Origin: Gammaproteobacteria bacterium
GTDB taxonomy: Bacteria; Pseudomonadota; Gammaproteobacteria; GCA-001735895
Length of the DNA: 64,000 nucleotides
Assembly: GCA_050298595.1 (NCBI GenBank)
Contig: JBNKUM010000098.1
Coordinates: 1 to 64,000 of the forward strand
Direction of reading: 5' to 3'
Of the stretch, positions 62,466 to 64,000 are shown piece after piece. Within the stretch, counting starts at the first letter, position 1; every line of letters starts with the position of its first letter. The position numbers and the translations under genes were made by a program. A model generated the notes under the pieces. It did not search any database, had not been told where the DNA came from, and saw nothing but the letters and a program-made list of their open reading frames with translations.

Positions 62466-63413
62466 TCAGGGAACAAACTGATGCAAGCCTGAAGTCATGA
62501 AAAATGTTGAGTCCATCATTTTGATAAATTCGCGCGCTTGAGGCGTGAGAAATTTACCGCGCCGGATAACAACCCCGTAAGAGCGCTTGGGAATATGCTC
62601 AGCCAGACTTCTTTGCGCCAGCGGTTCATTACCAGTCAAACACAGGCCGCTGACGATAGAAATCCCCAGCCCCATGGAGACGTATTTCTTAATAATTTCA
62701 TATCCACCCGCTTCCAGCGCGACCTGAAACTTCAATCCTGCGCGATTGAATACCCATTCCAGAAAACGCCAGGTAGCCAGATGTCGGGGCGGTAAAATCA
62801 AACCGTAGGGGCAAATATCCTCCAGAGAGATGTAGTCTTTGTTAGCTAAGGGGTGATCCAGCGGAGTAATCAGGGTTTGCTCAAAGGAGATAGACTCCTT
62901 ATATATGATGTCATCTGGTACCTCCATCATAGATCCCACAGCCAGATCAGCTTCATCAGCCCGTAACATCGCCATACCGTCACGACCGGTTACATTATGC
63001 AGCTTGATTTCTATGCCTGGATAGGTCTGGGCAAAGCGCTTAATGTATTCAGGCAGGATATATAGCGTGGTCGACTCACCCGCTGCAATATTAATAGTGC
63101 CACCATCCAGCTTGCCGAATTGAGCCTTAAAGCTCTGTTCCAGGCCATTCATCCCATCCACCAGAGGCTGAGCAATTCCATACAGAACCTCACCTTCCGG
63201 CGTCAGGGTAATCCTCTGACCTCTTCGCTCAAACAAGATGACATTCATGTCTCGCTCAAGCGCCTGAATTTGCAGAGATATGGTCGGCTGACTAAGAAAC
63301 AGGGCTTCACCTGCGGTGGAAATACTGCCTGTTTTTGCCGCCATACAGAATGCTGTTAATTGTTTTAAGCGGTTTTGTTTGTAGTAAAACCGCCCCTTGC
63401 TTTTCACTGCCAT
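62466..63413 (-). CDS. LysR-family transcriptional regulator
   Basis: LSQPTISLQIQALE HTH, LFER.G...LTPEG, substrate-binding domain. Confidence 0.92.
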   Translation of the reverse strand: MAVKSKGRFYYKQNRLKQLTAFCMAAKTGSISTAGEALFLSQPTISLQIQALERDMNVILFERRGQRITLTPEGEVLYGIAQPLVDGMNGLEQSFKAQFGKLDGGTINIAAGESTTLYILPEYIKRFAQTYPGIEIKLHNVTGRDGMAMLRADEADLAVGSMMEVPDDIIYKESISFEQTLITPLDHPLANKDYISLEDICPYGLILPPRHLATWRFLEWVFNRAGLKFQVALEAGGYEIIKKYVSMGLGISIVSGLCLTGNEPLAQRSLAEHIPKRSYGVVIRRGKFLTPQAREFIKMMDSTFFMTSGLHQFVP

Positions 63414-63435
63414 CTATTCACTTTTCCACAACATT

Positions 63436-63450
63436 ATTAACATTGTTAAT
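63436..63450. promoter_or_regulatory. LysR-type T-N11-A palindrome
   Basis: ATTAACA-T-TGTTAAT dyad 23 bp upstream of the LysR start. Confidence 0.55.
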
Positions 63451-63472
63451 ATATTAAATTAAACATATTAAA

Positions 63473-63486
63473 TTGATCAATATGAA
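63473..63486. promoter_or_regulatory. FNR/ANR-like box
   Basis: TTGAT-caat-ATGAA, 9 of 10 matches to TTGAT-N4-ATCAA. Confidence 0.45.
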
Positions 63487-63533
63487 TAATCCATACATTC
63501 TATAGCACTTTTAAACCTGAGGTTATTTTACTC

Positions 63534-64000
63534 ATGGGCCTGGATGTCTCTCACATCGCTGTCACGGTTGCCTTTATGTTTGGACTGGGTTTGGTACTGT
63601 CCTCACTACTTGCGGTAGCAAACCGCAAGCTTTGGGTATTTGAAGATCCCAGAATCGATGCCGTGGAAGAGCTACTGCCTAACACCAATTGTGGTGCCTG
63701 CGGTACCGCGGGTTGTCGTGTATTTGCCGAAGCCCTGATCGCTGGTGAAACCCAGCCTGCGAATTGTACCGTAAACTCTTCAGATGCGACGGGTGAAATT
63801 GCTGAATACCTGGGTATAGATGCAGGTGATGTAGTGAAACGAGTTGCCCGACTAGCCTGTGCAGGAGGCAGTAATGTTGCCCGCAATACAGCCAGTTATT
63901 CGGGTATGGAATCCTGTAGAGCGGCATCGGTCATAAATGGCGGGCCCAAAAATTGCTCCTGGGGATGCATTGGCCTGTCAGACTGCGCCAAAGTGTGCGA
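63534..64000 (+). CDS. rnfB: Rnf electron transport complex subunit B, 3'-truncated by the window edge
   Basis: Not in the ORF track; my translation is MGLDVSH...TM...FEDPRIDAVEELLPNTNCGACGTAGC...C...CAGG...CSWGCIGLSDCAKVC; GAGG RBS. Confidence 0.88.
   Translation, partial: MGLDVSHIAVTVAFMFGLGLVLSSLLAVANRKLWVFEDPRIDAVEELLPNTNCGACGTAGCRVFAEALIAGETQPANCTVNSSDATGEIAEYLGIDAGDVVKRVARLACAGGSNVARNTASYSGMESCRAASVINGGPKNCSWGCIGLSDCAKVC

Noticed and set aside
63551-63927. Minus-strand ORFs of 111 and 82 aa
   Set aside because: They are shadows of the plus-strand rnfB ORF.

Overview
A mostly core-genome window from a motile gammaproteobacterium with a Pseudomonas/Vibrio-type FleQ-sigma54-sigma28 flagellar hierarchy; a marine, possibly sulfur-oxidising lineage is an inference only. 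In order: ppc and an MFS gene; the flagellar cluster (fleRSQ, fliTSD, flaG, fliC, flgLKJIHG); an exported rhodanese; queA-tgt-(CoA-transferase)-yajC-secDF; tRNA-Leu(CAA); an MlaC-like gene followed by an orphan ExbB/MotA-like and ExbD/MotB-like pair; livJHMGF; tRNA-Arg(CCT); glnK-amtB; cysM-exonuclease-rlmD; a TonB-dependent receptor, orphan binding protein and BarA/GacS operon; rpoE-rseABC-degP through lepAB-rnc-era-recO-pdxJ-acpS; nadB; and a LysR gene divergent from a truncated rnfB. I saw no mobile element, CRISPR array or rRNA. The best candidates for undescribed biology are three: (1) the ion-motor pair whose small subunit carries a ~190-aa coiled coil and sits behind a lone MlaC-like gene, (2) the receptor-binding protein-BarA/GacS trans-envelope module, and (3) an intact DEDD-family exonuclease with every catalytic motif altered. 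All family calls come from motif recognition by eye; no searches were run.
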